Positions 30,350-44,354 of a DNA stretch of 64,000 nt are shown here, in pieces. A model generated the notes under the pieces. The model saw only the letters and a list, made by a program, of their open reading frames with translations. It was not told the origin of the DNA and ran no database searches. Every line of letters begins with the position of its first letter. The stretch's first letter is position 1. This DNA comes from an uncultured virus (IMG/VR IMGVR_UViG_3300017938_000552) (Duplodnaviria; Heunggongvirae; Uroviricota; Caudoviricetes): IMG/VR virus record IMGVR_UViG_3300017938_000552, one strand, 5' to 3'. Position numbers and translations under genes: made by a program.

Positions 30350-30535
30350 TTAATATACTCTCCCCTCTGAATCATGCCAACCAGCCAGTGTGATTTTCAC
30401 AGGTCTAAAGCTATTACATTTTTCACACATATCAGTATTTACCTTATTTACATGTTGACATTTAGGGCATGTCCAAGGCTTTTCATCCTCTATTTCATCA
30501 AACATATCTCTATAAACATGTGGTGGTATTGGCAT
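30350..30535 (-). CDS. RanBP2-type Zn-finger protein
   Basis: WTCPKCQHVNKVNTDMCEKCNS (W-x-C-x2-C-x3-N-x6-C-x2-C). Confidence 0.7.
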   Translation of the reverse strand: MPIPPHVYRDMFDEIEDEKPWTCPKCQHVNKVNTDMCEKCNSFRPVKITLAGWHDSEGRVY

Positions 30536-32584
30536 TTTATTTACTCACCTGTTCTTTTAATGGTTTTGGATAAACTTTCTTACCACACACATTGATTGTG
30601 ACATCATATCCAGCATCTTCCATGCCTTCACGTAGGAGTGTGACAAGGCTCTTATTTTCAAGTTCCTCTTCCGTGAATTTCTTTTTTATACCTAATAGGT
30701 TTCTTAACAAACTTTCTTCACCCGTTTCTTATGATTATGATATGATGTTAATACTTCCCTAAGTGTTACCTCTGGTTGTACAACACCATCCTTTTTATAG
30801 TAGATTGTGTTCGTGTCTGTGTCGGGTACATTTCCAACACCCATAACGATGAACTTTGGTTCTGTTTCCATCACATGTGTTTCCTTTAATGGATAGGCAT
30901 AGATAACCTCATGTAACTTTTTAATTGCCATATCTTCAGCAACAACACCCTCTGCATGTCGTTTCTTCTCGTATGCCTTACGTATTTCTAAGAGGTTTTT
31001 GTACAAGTCTCGTAGCTCTGGACACTGACAGAACGTTTGATCCTCATCATCAAAGTGGAAAAGACCATCTAAATCGGCTTGATATGTATCTGATTTGCCT
31101 ATTACTGATTCTCTAAATTCTTTATTCTCTAGCAGAGTCTTGATAAAATCTGGTGTTCCCTCACCCGTTACAAAATATCGTCTTTCCCATCTTCTGTCTT
31201 TATTCATTATCCAGAATCCTCTGGTAGCACCAATCATTTCCATCTCACCAACTGCCTTTGCAACTTCTAGTTTGGTGTTTTTGGAAAATATGTCACATAA
31301 CTCATGGAACGTAAGACCTGTCTCTTTGTATGTGTTAATTTTCAACAGAACTTCATACTCAAGTTTCATCCTTTTTCACCAACCCCTTGCAATAAATTCA
31401 ACTTTGTCGATGATATACTCTGTTTTACCGATATCATGTATTCTATGTTTTGGTGCAATATGGTCATATTGGTGTTTGTGGTTATAAATTAGATTCTCTA
31501 TTTCCTTTAGTTTATCTTCAGCAGTTATAGCCCTTTCATAGAGTTTATTCATTGCCTCTCCTGCCGCATATTGATCACTAATTCTCTTTATTAGTTTTGA
31601 TTCTCTACATACTTCACATTCTCTGCATATCTCACATTGCACACTGTAGTCCTTGCAGTACCAGTTTCCACCTTGAATATTACCACCTTTTTGACCCCAA
31701 ACCCAACGCCAACCTTGTTTGTTGGCTGGTAAACCTCTCAGTAGCTTACATTCATCCATCCTTTTTCATCTCCAACTCCATAAGTTTTATCTTCTCATCA
31801 TTTGACAGGTTAGATTTTAAAATTTGTCTTACTTTATATTTCTCACCAATATCCCTTGCCATTGGCTTATACAAGAACTTTACTGTACTAATAAAAACCA
31901 ACGGAACGAACAAAATAAGACAGAAACTCATAAATGTATCATTCGTCTTGAGAGTTGGTGAAAATAATGTAAGAAAGAACGTGAAATCTATTACAAGCAT
32001 ATTTCCCCAGAAAATAATATCCGTTTTGTTCATGTTTTTAACTCCATCTTACTCAAATAACGATCCTTCATAATTTTCTTTTTAATCAAAAAATATGGAA
32101 CTTCGATATATATAGTGAAAAATGCCCAGCCGCCAAATAATATTGGTCCAAATCCAAGTATCATTATCAAATATTGGCTTCTTGTTAATACTTCTGTGGA
32201 AAACAGTTGGCTGTTGTACCAACTAGGCATTAACAACCAAAAGATTATATGTTCTATAAACAAACCCATAAAGGTTTTAGAAAAATCCCATCCTGTTATG
32301 TTCATTTCTTCAACTCCTATCGTCTAGTGTTCCATCCCTCTCACCACAGCCATACATATAACCATACCACCAAGAGCCACAGGTCTTTATATGATCATAC
32401 ACAGTTCCATTACATTTTGTGGAACAATCGCTCCAAAGTCCACATCCCCAGAAACAGCATTTAACATCCTTATGTTCCTCATCGTACTTTTTTGAATATT
32501 CTCTAAGTTCCTTTTTCAAGGTTTCCATTCTTTCTTTTATCTCTGGTTTTAACTGAACTGGTGCTAGTGGTGATGATTTGTAGG

Positions 32585-32815
32585 TCATTCTTCCGATTTT
32601 TCCCCTTTTTTCAGTTCACTAATTGGAATATAGCCCATACCCATACATCGGAAACATCTTCGATAATCACTCACAGATGGATCATTTAATCCACTTGGCT
32701 CACTCCACCTGAACCTATATCGACCAGTTCCCTTACAACTAGGGCATCTGACATTCCCCTCTGGGATTCTCTCTTCCTCATAGGAAATTCTTACCTTTCT
32801 TCTAAGGACACTCAT
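32585..32815 (-). CDS. DnaJ-type CxxCxGxG Zn-finger protein
   Basis: CPSCKGTG and CFRCMGMG. Confidence 0.75.
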   Translation of the reverse strand: MSVLRRKVRISYEEERIPEGNVRCPSCKGTGRYRFRWSEPSGLNDPSVSDYRRCFRCMGMGYIPISELKKGEKSEE

Positions 32816-35235
32816 CTATTTCCTCTCCTGTCTCTTCAGAATCGGCATCGTCCCATTCTTTTTGCTCTAAGCAGAGTGAACCCAAGGGACATTTATCACA
32901 TTTGGTTGTTTCTGTATATTCACCATAGCAACTTGGTAGCTTTTCAGCCATGATAAATCAACACGATATGTTATTCTATGTGGTATTTAAATGTTGTGGT
33001 TATGCACCACCCCACCAATAGTAATCATTGATCCAAATAATATATATTAAATCTTTGTTTCTAAGTTTCGTCAGTGGATAAATATCAACTTTTATACTAT
33101 AAGTGACACCATTCACAATAGCACTACATTTTAATGGTCTTGCCAATGTGATTTCTTGACCATAAGGGTTTGCTGTAGTTTTCAATGTGATTTTATCTGC
33201 TAGAGAAGTATATACAACAGTCTTATTACTCAAATGGGATAAAAAGTCGATCCTTGTGGTGGTGATTGTTGTTCCTGATGAAATTGTGCCATTTACGATT
33301 TTACTACCCGTTACCTTTATATCTGAAAGTATATAATTATTTGACTTTGTTTGATTTTCATTCCAAGAAGTTATTAAGATGTTTGCTGATGAAGGTTGAT
33401 TTAAAGTTGGAGATTGGTTTGTTTGTTGTGCATTTGTAAAGAGAGAGAAAGAAATTGCACCTATACCAATAATTACAATGGTAAAAAAGAGAAGAACAAA
33501 AACATTACCCCAATGTACTCTGTTACTGAGTCTGTTTCTATTGAGCCTTTCTAGCATTATTACACCTTCTCGGTGTCTTTGTTATCATTCCCAGTTATGA
33601 AGAATAGGTACAACACCACCATTCCAAAGGAAGCTATACCCGGACCCCAGAACATAACATACCAATCTATGCTCTCATAATATGCTAAATGAAAGAAGAA
33701 TGGTCCTAGCCCAGTTCCAATCCCAACTGGAACCGAAATCAAAACACTGAGTACAAACGCATGAGCAATCCTTTTTACATCATCTGAAAGTTTCATTTTT
33801 TTCAGTCACCATTTCTGCAATTACTACGGTGTAAGAAGTTATATTTAAGTGTTGCGGTTTTTTTCAGGTAATTTTGCTGGATTGCATCTCAATTTATCAT
33901 CATACCAACAATCTAGACCATAATTTCTTGGGTCTTTCCCCAATCTAACATTTTCCCATACTTCCATATATATGAAAAAATAAGAAGAAATAAACACTAA
34001 TACAACAAAAAACCAAAACAAGACTTCTATCATTATTTTCCGTACACCTCAAAAAGACGAATTATGACATCACTTACTTCCTTACCCATTCTATCCATAA
34101 AGTCCTTCTTATCATCTATGGTTACAGGTATGTCATTATTCTCAAACTCTTTCTTGATACACTCTAATCTAACATCTACCATTCTAGATTCCAGTGTATC
34201 TTTTTCAAGTTCCTTGTTAAAATCTTCAATTATGATTGTTACTTTCATGTTAATTTCACATCAACCTATTTCAAACGATACTGACTTATTGTTCTTATAT
34301 GCTTTATCCAACACCAACACACCAAATGCTCTGCAAATCTTTTCCCTATTCATACGATGATCGTAACCATTACCAGCACATGCAGATTGCAAGACACCAT
34401 GTTCAGTAAATATACATGTCAAATCCTCAGTTGGAAGTTTTTTGTACATATTAACAAGTTCGCTGAGTTTGCATCCACAGGATAGGTTCTCTTCTAACCC
34501 ATAATCCAAGCATTTGTTATACAGTTCATCACTGGTTACAGACTTAGCCAATTCTTGAATATCTTTCGATGTCATTTCCTGTTCGTGTGTGTACACATAT
34601 CCGGGTGATAATGAAAATCCACTTACCATTTTAATTGCTCTCCTTAGCTTCTGGGTGTTCTGGTGGTATTTGATATTGAACATTATGTTTCCAAATGGTA
34701 TATTCATCTTCGGTCATTGGTTCCTCTCTTATAAGTTCTCCGTTTTCTCTTTTCACAGGTCTTACACCATATTGGATGTTGGCAATTCTGGTTATATTCT
34801 TTACACCTTCAAAGTATCTTTCAATAACATCTATCAACTCATTTTGAAGCTGGTTTGCTGTATTCCACTTGGCTGGATAATAGATGTTGATTTCCTGAAC
34901 ATACAGGAGTTTTTCATTCATTTCCTCTTTAGTTAATACCATTTTCTTTTTTCTCCGTTTCTTTTATAACAAATTGTGAACCACATGATTCACATAGGAT
35001 AAATTCTCCAAAGGCATAATCCGTTTCCCACTCAAGTGTGGGTGTTGAGTGACACATCCAGATTAGTTGTCCAAGTCTCTCATTACATTTTTGACAACTT
35101 CCTTCAATATGATCTGGTTTTTTCATTAAAGAAAACCGCATGGGAAACAAGACGTTTTTTTCTTGGATAACCTCAACCCCATCTATATCTTTCATTTTTT
35201 CACCTCAGACATACCCTTTATATCAATTATAAGAG

Positions 35236-35829
35236 TCAAATTTTACCCTCCAAACGAGCTAAACAGGCGTAGGCATAGAACTCAGCATTTTTCTCACTAT
35301 CTGAATTCATAGGGATGATGCCATGCCTCTCTAAAGCATGATACATCTCATGGAAGGCTACCCGCTTGTCTATTGTTTTTTCTTTCGTGTAAACTATATT
35401 AGTAGTGGGATAATAACAAGCGATAGCACCCTCTGGAACTTTTGAAGCATCAAAACTATAAGGCGGTGTTTCAATACCATAATAATCACCTAGAACTTCG
35501 GGGAAGCCTTTATATTTTTCCTGATCATCAAGAGCCTTTACTGCGTTTTTCAAGACATGAATTGGTGGTATTGCACTCCAAGGATTAGAATAAGGATACC
35601 TTTTTGGTTGATTAATTATTTCCCATTGTCGAGTTTTTTTAAGTTCATTTATCTTTTTTTCAGCATCAAAATAATATTTACGATATTTGGCTAGTTCCAA
35701 AGTTGTATCAACTAGGTTTCCATTTTCTAATTGCCACCAACAGTCCCAACAAAGCATCTTAATACTTCGATTAACAAGTCTCTTTTTCCTTCTTCCGTGA
35801 TCTTCTTTGCATAATTCACATTTTGGCAA
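35236..35829 (-). CDS. Zn-finger + HExxH metallopeptidase-like (ImmA/IrrE-like) protein
   Basis: CELC...CWDC; VAFHEMYHALE...SEKNAEFYA. Confidence 0.65.
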   Translation of the reverse strand: MPKCELCKEDHGRRKKRLVNRSIKMLCWDCWWQLENGNLVDTTLELAKYRKYYFDAEKKINELKKTRQWEIINQPKRYPYSNPWSAIPPIHVLKNAVKALDDQEKYKGFPEVLGDYYGIETPPYSFDASKVPEGAIACYYPTTNIVYTKEKTIDKRVAFHEMYHALERHGIIPMNSDSEKNAEFYAYACLARLEGKI

Positions 35830-36065
35830 TTTTTAGTCACCCATTATTTGTATCTTTTATAGGTTTAAATATCTGAGTTAGTAACCTCCCATTTGTTACC
35901 ACATTTCCGACAGGTTATGATCTCTGTCCATCTATGACCAGAAAAAGAACCATCATAATAGCTATGATAACTATCTTTTTTAAACTCTAGGAATTTACTT
36001 TTTTGTGTATCAGAAATGTAAGACATATCATGTTTACATTTTGGACAGATAAGATCATCAAACAT

Positions 36066-36320
36066 TTATATTCCTTCAATTTCCGCTAAAGTCTTTTTGT
36101 ATCCACATGGCTTGGTTGTGAGACACCCTTTTTCCTTTGAATATGGTTCAGAACAGTGAGGTGCAAATATTGGTGCTGTACATTCATATCTCTCTTTCTG
36201 TGATGGTAGGGAGAATTGTTCCAGATGTTTAAGTTGAACCTGTTCGTGATCTTCCCATAGATGTGTGTCTAGCTCAGACCAGAATTCTCCAACCTCTTTC
36301 TTACAGATTTTACATCTCAT
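36066..36320 (-). CDS. C2H2 zinc-finger protein
   Basis: CKIC...LDTHLWEDH. Confidence 0.6.
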   Translation of the reverse strand: MRCKICKKEVGEFWSELDTHLWEDHEQVQLKHLEQFSLPSQKERYECTAPIFAPHCSEPYSKEKGCLTTKPCGYKKTLAEIEGI

Positions 36321-39300
36321 TTTTTCACCCGTCCAATGTGAAATCTAATATTTTTTGAAGCATTTTTATGTGATCTTTTCCGCAGAACATCCCATTCTCT
36401 TTTATATAATCTATCTTGAACTTCAGTCTTTGAATTATAAGGTCATATCGATCTGGGAAGCCCTTATCAAATATCTGTCTTTCTTTTGAGTCTATATATC
36501 CTAGTAAAGTCATAGCATCAATGAACCAAGCAGAAGTTCCATCTTGTGGGTCTGGGTGGTATGATTCTTCTTCTTTCCATACTTCGTGTCTAACCTCAGA
36601 GATTTTCTTTTCAAGTTCTTCCAATGTTACCATTTTTTTCACCTTTTTTCTCCACCTTTGGGCTTGAAATTGTTATAGTAAGTAATATTAGTATCCCACC
36701 ATTAATTGCAACGGTAGTCCAGTTTTGATTATAGAGTGCTGTTAAGATAACTGGGAAGCTAATCAATAGAATAATAAATGTAAATATATCTAACTTTCTA
36801 CCCATGCCACAACATCTCCATATTAGATTGTGAACGGTCTATATAAAGTTTCTGGTAGGATCATAGTGGATTCCCTCTTTTATCGAACCTCTTCTCTCTA
36901 ACGAAAACAACAGGATTTTCTTTCTCCAACTGTTCTCTGGTTTTCTTTGAGCCTATCCAGAACGTGTTGAGCATTAAGTCCCTAATATCATCGAAACATA
37001 TATCACAGAGATATAAATTGTGCCTATAACTGAAAACAAGCCTTCGCTTGGCTTTTCTTATTTTACAGGCATCACAGAGATGTTCACCGACCTTTTCATC
37101 TAAGTCTATGTTGCTCATTTATACACCCTCAATGATTCTTTCAATACTGTCTTTATCTGTCAATAATCTTTGTAAAGTGCGGTTCTGATCTCTTGAGCAA
37201 TGGAGTTTAGACCAGCCCCTTGCATTTTCAATGCGATCTTCCAGTTCCTTGTTCTTACGATGTAGGTCTACAAAGTCCTTCTTGAATCGTTTTTCATAAT
37301 CTTCGATTACCTTATATCCTGTTGGATCATCTCTATCCAATTCTCTTAGATAGTGTGCTTTCACAGCATATATATTTGACGGGAAAGATGGATGTTCAAA
37401 TCCCCTTTCATCCTGACAGAAAACTATTGTTACACCGTTGAAGTTTGTTATTATGGTTTCTTTTTTCTCAATGGCTCTAAAGTAAAGATTATGTAAGAAG
37501 TCACCAGCATTTTCTCCGGGCAATGGTGCAACTATCCTCATTTTTACATACTCTCCTTTGGATCGTGAATTCTCTCTTCTCTGGTATAAACCTCATTTAC
37601 AGGTAGCAAAGACTTTCGTTTTAGAATTGACAAAATTTCTCCCTCTTCTCTGAGGCTATAGATTTTTCCACCATCTACTAAGATTTGCCAATCCTTTGGT
37701 TTTTTGATCTCATCAACTATCACAACAGGAATCCCCATTGCTGAGAATTCAACAAAAGCAACAAAATCTATATATGACTTTTTCATGTTAATATCTCCTT
37801 AATATCATCCTCCACCATCTGGAATGAGTTATCAATATCTTCCTGTGATGGCTTATATCCATAGGTCATTCTCCGCAACCCCTCAAGTTGCTTTGCCCTA
37901 ACCCACTCTATGAGCTTATTGAAGTCTCTCTTGTTTTTTACCTCTGGTGGGATTCCTGTATTCCAACCACACTTGGTGCAGACTTGCCACTGATACGCTA
38001 TAAAATGAGCAAGACCCATATTTGGTATAAATGGTACAATTGGAATATTTTGAAAGAAATGTGTGAATTCTATTCCCTTGCACTTTGGACAACACATTTG
38101 ATGTGGGCTACTATCTATTTCCTCTTTCTTGGTCATTTACATCATCTACACCTTACATCGTGGCGGGTATTTAAGTTTATCGGTTTTCGTATCTAACTTT
38201 TACCATCTGAGGGCAATAATTTTTTATAAAACTCTTCTTTCTGATCAGAATAAACCGCATAAGAACCAATAGCAACTGCAAAGACAAAGAAGAATATAAT
38301 TCCATAAAACGATTGGAATAAAACTACAGACCAACCAACTACAATTAACCAGAAAAAGAGGGCTGTTTGTTTCATACCCTTTAATGTCCAGCCGTGTTGT
38401 TTTATGCGTTTATCTTCGTGCCCAAATAAAGCTGAATTAATGATGTAGAAACCGATTATAATACCCCTAATCATAAAGTAGAAAACTTCACAAACTTCCT
38501 TGACTTTATTATAGAAATCTGTTACCCCAACTTTAAAAACTTTGTAAATGCCTTTGCCAATCCAAACAGGATAAGATGGGAAGGAATTTATCATTTCTAT
38601 TTCTCCTGTAGAACCTTCTTCATTTTCTTTTTCCATGTATTTACATCTGAGTAATTATAGTAAGTCATCGTATTAGTTTGTGTTTCTATAGGAAACTTAA
38701 CAAGGACTTCTTGAGCCTCTATCAACTTATCCTCAAGTTCCTTAACCTTCTTGCCTTTTTCATCATTACCTACTTTATATGAACATACTTCTTCTCTAAA
38801 GTTACAATAGTTTTTACTCATTTTTTCACCAACATCAATCCGTGCTAATCATCTCGATAACCAGATTTCCCGATGGTTTTTCAATGGAAACGAAATGATA
38901 GAGGTAATTTCCAGAGTTGTCTTGAACACACAAATCCCCACCAATGTGGATAAAATAATTCGTTCTAGATTGACATATAACTATTGTGTCGTTATCAAAA
39001 TAACCTGTATAAACACGATCTTCATACATTCCAATTTTATGTGGATATGGTAAAGAAACGCCTATTTTTATTTTTTGTTGGTATGTAGGGAAGTATCCTG
39101 TAGGATATGGTTGGGTACTGGGGAGATAAGTAAACAAATAAAACATCGATCCAAGAATAACCACAACAACAATAAAGAAGGCAACAACTGTAATGTTAAA
39201 ATCATTACCATCAGGTTCAGCCATGTGTTTTTTCAACCTCAATACGTTCATCCTTATGTTCCAGAATGAAATTGACTATCTCTTGTTGGCAACTAGCACT

Positions 39301-39499
39301 AAACACCCTTTTTGGTTGTGGAAAGAAACAGTATTCTCTCCAAAATGGATACCATCGAATATATCCAAGTAAATATCTTGATTTTATATTGATTACAGAC
39401 CATATCTTTGTATTGTGTGGTTGAATGTTTGGAACAAACTCGATGTATTTGTTTAGTTTTGGCATTTTATAGTATCAGACTATAGAAACACAAAGGTAC

Positions 39500-39515
39500 T
39501 TAAAAGCCTTTCGGT
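39500..39515 (-). promoter_or_regulatory. Class I BRE-TATA promoter repeat (ACCGAAAGGCTTTTAA)
   Basis: Exact 16-mer, copy 1 of 4, ~35 nt upstream of ATG 39465. Confidence 0.85.
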
Positions 39516-40753
39516 CTATTTAAGTTCTTAAATAGATTTTAATACCTTTTCTGCCCTATCTGCAAAGGCATCCCATTTATCAAGATCAGAATTTGCCTCT
39601 TTCAATTCTTGTTCACAAATCTGTAACTTTTCCTTGGTTTCACGAAGTTCGTTGGATTGATCTTCTTTATGTGGTATTAATTGCTCTGTTCGATATTCAC
39701 TAAAACCCCTACGTTTAATCAAATCCCTTTCTCTTACAAACGTATGCTGGTGTCCAAAAAAACATTCGTTTGGTGTTTCTTTTGGTAGGTAGTTCATCCA
39801 CTCTTTTTTGCAATTTATACAAATATACTTGGTCGGTCTAAACATTTTTATCATCTTTTACCAATATTAACTTTGTCTGTTTACAGCAAGCTGGGTTGGG
39901 ACACATAAATTTATCAAATGGTGATTGTGTATCCCATACAAAACCACAAAACTCACATTTTACCCTACGCTTTGCCATTTTATAATATGTAAATATATGA
40001 TCATTTAAAAGGGTTTCGGTTACAAATCTGCAATTGAATATTGCATATAACCAAGGAAGAAACACGACATAACTTGTACGACAAAAACACCCGTCCACTT
40101 GCCCATACCAGCAAGTTCCATAGAGCCTGTTTGTACTGTGTTAAATATATACATACTTCCTAAAACAACACCAATGAGTATTGTAATAATTCCAAGTGCT
40201 TTCTGTATATTTATCTTCATTTTTTGTTCATTATAAAGAAGATAGAAGATACTTAAAAAGGTTTCGGTTCATCCTATGGTGTTTTTTTCTCAGATAAATG
40301 TTCTTTGTACCATTTTAATTCAAAGTCTGTGGCTTGACGTTCACAGGAATGGGAGTAATTACATATATCACCATTGGTCATAAATTTACATTCTTTTGGA
40401 ACTTTACAGTATAATATAATCATCGTTGCCACTCCTTATTCATCACTTTACTTATTATTATATCGTCTTTAACTGCACCTTCTAATATGGATATTGCTAA
40501 CTCTTCTAACTCATAATCATGGAAAGATGTTACATGTTCCCATTTTGTGTACACATTATTTAGTACGTGTCTAACATGTAATTGATATTCATTATCTCCT
40601 GTATTGACTATCATTATAGTTGAATCATTCTTATCGTTTTTATCTATCCACACTATACCTTTTGGATACCCTTCACCAACAACATATGATGGCTTCACCC
40701 ACGTAGCACCAAGTTCACCTGCTGTTGTACCCTTCACTTTCTCAGGTAACTTT

Positions 40754-41338
40754 TCAAGCGTTTTTCCAGACATTCTCAATATTCACCATTTTCTCACTGT
40801 CTGGTGTTGTCTCATAGATAAAACAACCACCACAATACTCAGGATCACGAATACTAGACCTTGGTGCAGAGGAACAATCCCTGCACATGTCATATCTTAT
40901 ATCATTTCTAATTTTCATTATCAAATTTCCAAGGTGGTTTGCACTATTTGGTAAAGCACCACCCCAGTAAGAATCGGTGGGTGAGTTTTCATAGAGATAT
41001 GCATCGCCTGTGGCTAGGAGTTTTTGTCTAAGGTTTGGATCAAAGAATTTTGCTCTAAGTCCACGTTCCATGTAGACAAGTTTCTGTGGGTTTGTTGGAT
41101 CATCCCAATTCTCTCTAAGTTCTCCCTTTGGTAAAGATCGACCCATTTTCAGAGCCATGTATGGCGTTGGTAACTGTCGAATCAACTCTGCTTTTTCTGG
41201 GTTGATTGATTTCATCGACTGATAATAATGTTCATTGGTTATGTATTTTTTATCATCTATGGTTTCCATACATCGGTGGAAGTTACTTAACCAACCATAT
41301 TTTTCATCACGACTGTAAAAACCAATGGAACCTGTCAT
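40754..41338 (-). CDS. NADAR/YbiA-family N-glycosidase
   Basis: WLSNF, EHYYQSMK, LRAKF...LRQKLLATGDAYLYENSPTDSYWG...NHLGNLIMKIR. Confidence 0.92.
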   Translation of the reverse strand: MTGSIGFYSRDEKYGWLSNFHRCMETIDDKKYITNEHYYQSMKSINPEKAELIRQLPTPYMALKMGRSLPKGELRENWDDPTNPQKLVYMERGLRAKFFDPNLRQKLLATGDAYLYENSPTDSYWGGALPNSANHLGNLIMKIRNDIRYDMCRDCSSAPRSSIRDPEYCGGCFIYETTPDSEKMVNIENVWKNA

Positions 41339-41369
41339 TTTTGAACGGTGTATAAAGGTATAATGTCAC

Positions 41370-41385
41370 TTAAAAGCCTTTCGGT
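41370..41385 (-). promoter_or_regulatory. Class I BRE-TATA promoter repeat
   Basis: Exact 16-mer overlapping the TAA of 41385..41810, upstream of NADAR. Confidence 0.85.
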
Positions 41386-43404
41386 TAATCTCTATACTTG
41401 GGGGATGTATCAAAAACTTTTGTCTTTTTGTTACACTCCGTTATCAACAATTTAAAGCCTGTCTCATAACTACCCGATAGAGTCATTGAAAGAGCATCTT
41501 CAATGTGAATGTAAAGACCATCATCTTCCTCATCAATATGAAGGGCAAAGTCTTTGTCTGGTTTTCCACCATTATATGCTGTGTAGATTGGCTCTATCCA
41601 AAGTCCATATGAATGTAGAGTCACGGCTAGTGGTCTGCGTTCATAGTCTAGTAAAGGTAATATGAATGTTGTTTCATCTAGCAAAACAGGTGTATCTTTC
41701 CACCTTGAATCCTTGAGAATTTTCTTTATCTTTTCCTCTGTCTCAATCTTCTTAGCGGCTAGTTTTATAGCCTCTGGTGGGAATTTTGAGATTATATCTT
41801 CAACACTCAAGATGAATTCTCACGTTCCAATTCCGCTATTTCTAGTAGATGTTCAGGTGTAATCATATAGGAATCTACTGGTTTACCATCCTGAGCCATT
41901 ATCATTTCCTCATCATCATTATGAGGAATTAACAATAACGTTGAACGCCTTCCTGTGTTCCTCTCCCAACTACAGAGTGTGTCTAACAGCCGAATTATGG
42001 CTTTGTTTACTTCTGGGTCTTTATGGTAACTCATTTTTTACCTTCTCCGCATATTTTTTACAGTATTCTAGGTGCTTTTCATTGGCTTCTTTGGGTGTCT
42101 CATATCTATCCACTTCCAAAGCAGATAGATGAACATCTGGTAGACCACATCCACACTTACATCTAGAACCATTTAACTCGAAAACCATAGTTTCATAGAA
42201 CATGTTTGGTGTGGTGCTGAGAGATTCCATTGGCTTGTCTATACCATCTGGGCGATATTCTCCAACAGTTGAAATTAAATATTTACCAACTTCAGTACAG
42301 AGGTGGAATTCACATTTTCTACATCCACAGAAATGCCCAGCATTACCATACCAGATCATCTTGACTTCTTTTGTATCGTCTATCATGCCAATACGTCTTT
42401 TTATGTTGATTGATTTACATTTGGGACAGCAAAAATCAACATCAAAATCATCCTCAGCATTTTCAATTTTAGTAAAGTCTCTGGAATTGCCTTTAAACCC
42501 GCAATCCTGACACTCAAACCAATATGTTTCTATCATTTTTTCAGTTCACCTATCATTTTATTTTCTTACTTTGTTTTATTTCATCCACATAATCAAGACC
42601 ATCTACAAACCCCTTGACATAGGCTAAGAAAGCCTTGGAAAGTATTGTTCCATCGGCTGTTTCAAGATGGTTCTGTGCCCAATAATCAACAAACTTTTCT
42701 TTCAACATTTCATAATATGCATCATTTTTTGTATCCATTTACTTTCTCTCCCATTATAATTCACCATCTGAAACTATGGGCACTATCTTATCAAGCACTT
42801 CTTTTAATGCTTTTGCCTCTTTTATATTAAATGAAAAACCATCTTCCGAAAGCCTATCCAGACAAAACACAGCTTTACCGTCACTACTTTCATCTTCATC
42901 TACATATCTAAAATCAAGTGTTTTGGATAATTTGGTTTCAATTCGTTTTATTGACATTTATCACTCACTCTTCTTTGTTATAAGTGAACTTGCGGTTGTC
43001 ATACCCTCAATTAGAATGATCAGCAAAATAGTCCTCTGAAAGTCAAGTCCAGAAAGCTGTGAATAACCAAGGCTCATTACAGCACTTTGATAAACTGGTA
43101 TACCCCAGATGAACATAACTAAGTCGATTATACCAGATATTACATAGGTTGTTTTACCAAAAAGCATATAGACAATTCCTATAATAAAGCCAAAGAAATA
43201 TAGGAATCGAGCAATAATCATAACAACTGGGAACCAATATGCAAAAGCATCCCACATTCCAAAGATAAGTAAAATAGCTGGTGCAAAGGTAAGAATTACA
43301 ACTGTAAATAACAATATTAAAATAGCAACAAGACCACTAACCGCTAGAACAATTTTAGCCTCATCACTCAAGGTTCAATCAGTACTATACAAATATAAAG
43401 GTAT

Positions 43405-43420
43405 TTAAAAGCCTTTCGGT
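43405..43420 (-). promoter_or_regulatory. Class I BRE-TATA promoter repeat
   Basis: Exact 16-mer; also encodes the last codons (PKGF*) of 43405..43629. Confidence 0.85.
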
Positions 43421-44060
43421 TGTTTTGTATTGGTAGGTAGTGGTTTCACCCAAAATGTTTCTGGGGCAGAACAATGAAATCGTGGGCTGTAGATCATTTT
43501 TCTGGTTTTAATATAGGTTCGATAAAAATATTTCCAAGAACTATCTTTCCTCAATACCTTCTTTTGCCATCCTGCATCAAGCATCTGTCTTTCAAAGTCC
43601 TCTAAACTTATCTCTCTATCAGAGTACATTTTTTTCTGCCTCAGACTTCTCCTTTAATCTACGCCAAAACTCAGGCTTATCCCATAGGTAAATATCGAAA
43701 CAATCCTTACATAGAGGACCGATGTTGGTCTGAGTGATAATTATATGATCACCAAGTTCGACATCACAGAGGATACATTTTTCTGTCATTTTTATATCAT
43801 CCTATCTACATTTGGTTTGTGAATCAATAAGAAAAAGAAAACCACACCACTAATTATAGTGAATATACCAATTAACCACCAATTTGGAACCAGTGCCCAA
43901 TATAAATTAAGTTTCCAAGTTAGACTTGGATCAAATAAAGTTCCGTAATTCTGAGAATAAATAGTTTGAACCACAGCATAAATCCAAGCCGTTACAGCAG
44001 ATAATCCTGCAAATACTACAAATATCAAACCACATATTTTATAAATAAGTTTATACTCAT

Positions 44061-44354
44061 TCATGTCGTAATCATCTCTGATAGTTTGGGAATATCATGC
44101 TCCATGAAATAGTCCGTAGCATATTTCTCATCGAGACAGATTCCAGTTCCAGCCCAACCCTTTTTATTTCTAAGTTTTCCTACTGATTGTTCTCCTGTAA
44201 AACCCCAACTTCTTAGGCTGTTCAACGCATAGAGTAATTTTTTTGTGTCCCAACCAATATCTTTTTGTAAATCACTAGTGGCTATGAAATTATACTTGTA
44301 ATGATCATAGATGAAACGAAGCAAATAAACATCTCTTGTTACTTTTTTACTCAT
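44061..44354 (-). CDS. Winged-helix DNA-binding protein
   Basis: LLRFIY...IATSDLQKDIGWDTKKLLYALNSLRSWG. Confidence 0.6.
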   Translation of the reverse strand: MSKKVTRDVYLLRFIYDHYKYNFIATSDLQKDIGWDTKKLLYALNSLRSWGFTGEQSVGKLRNKKGWAGTGICLDEKYATDYFMEHDIPKLSEMITT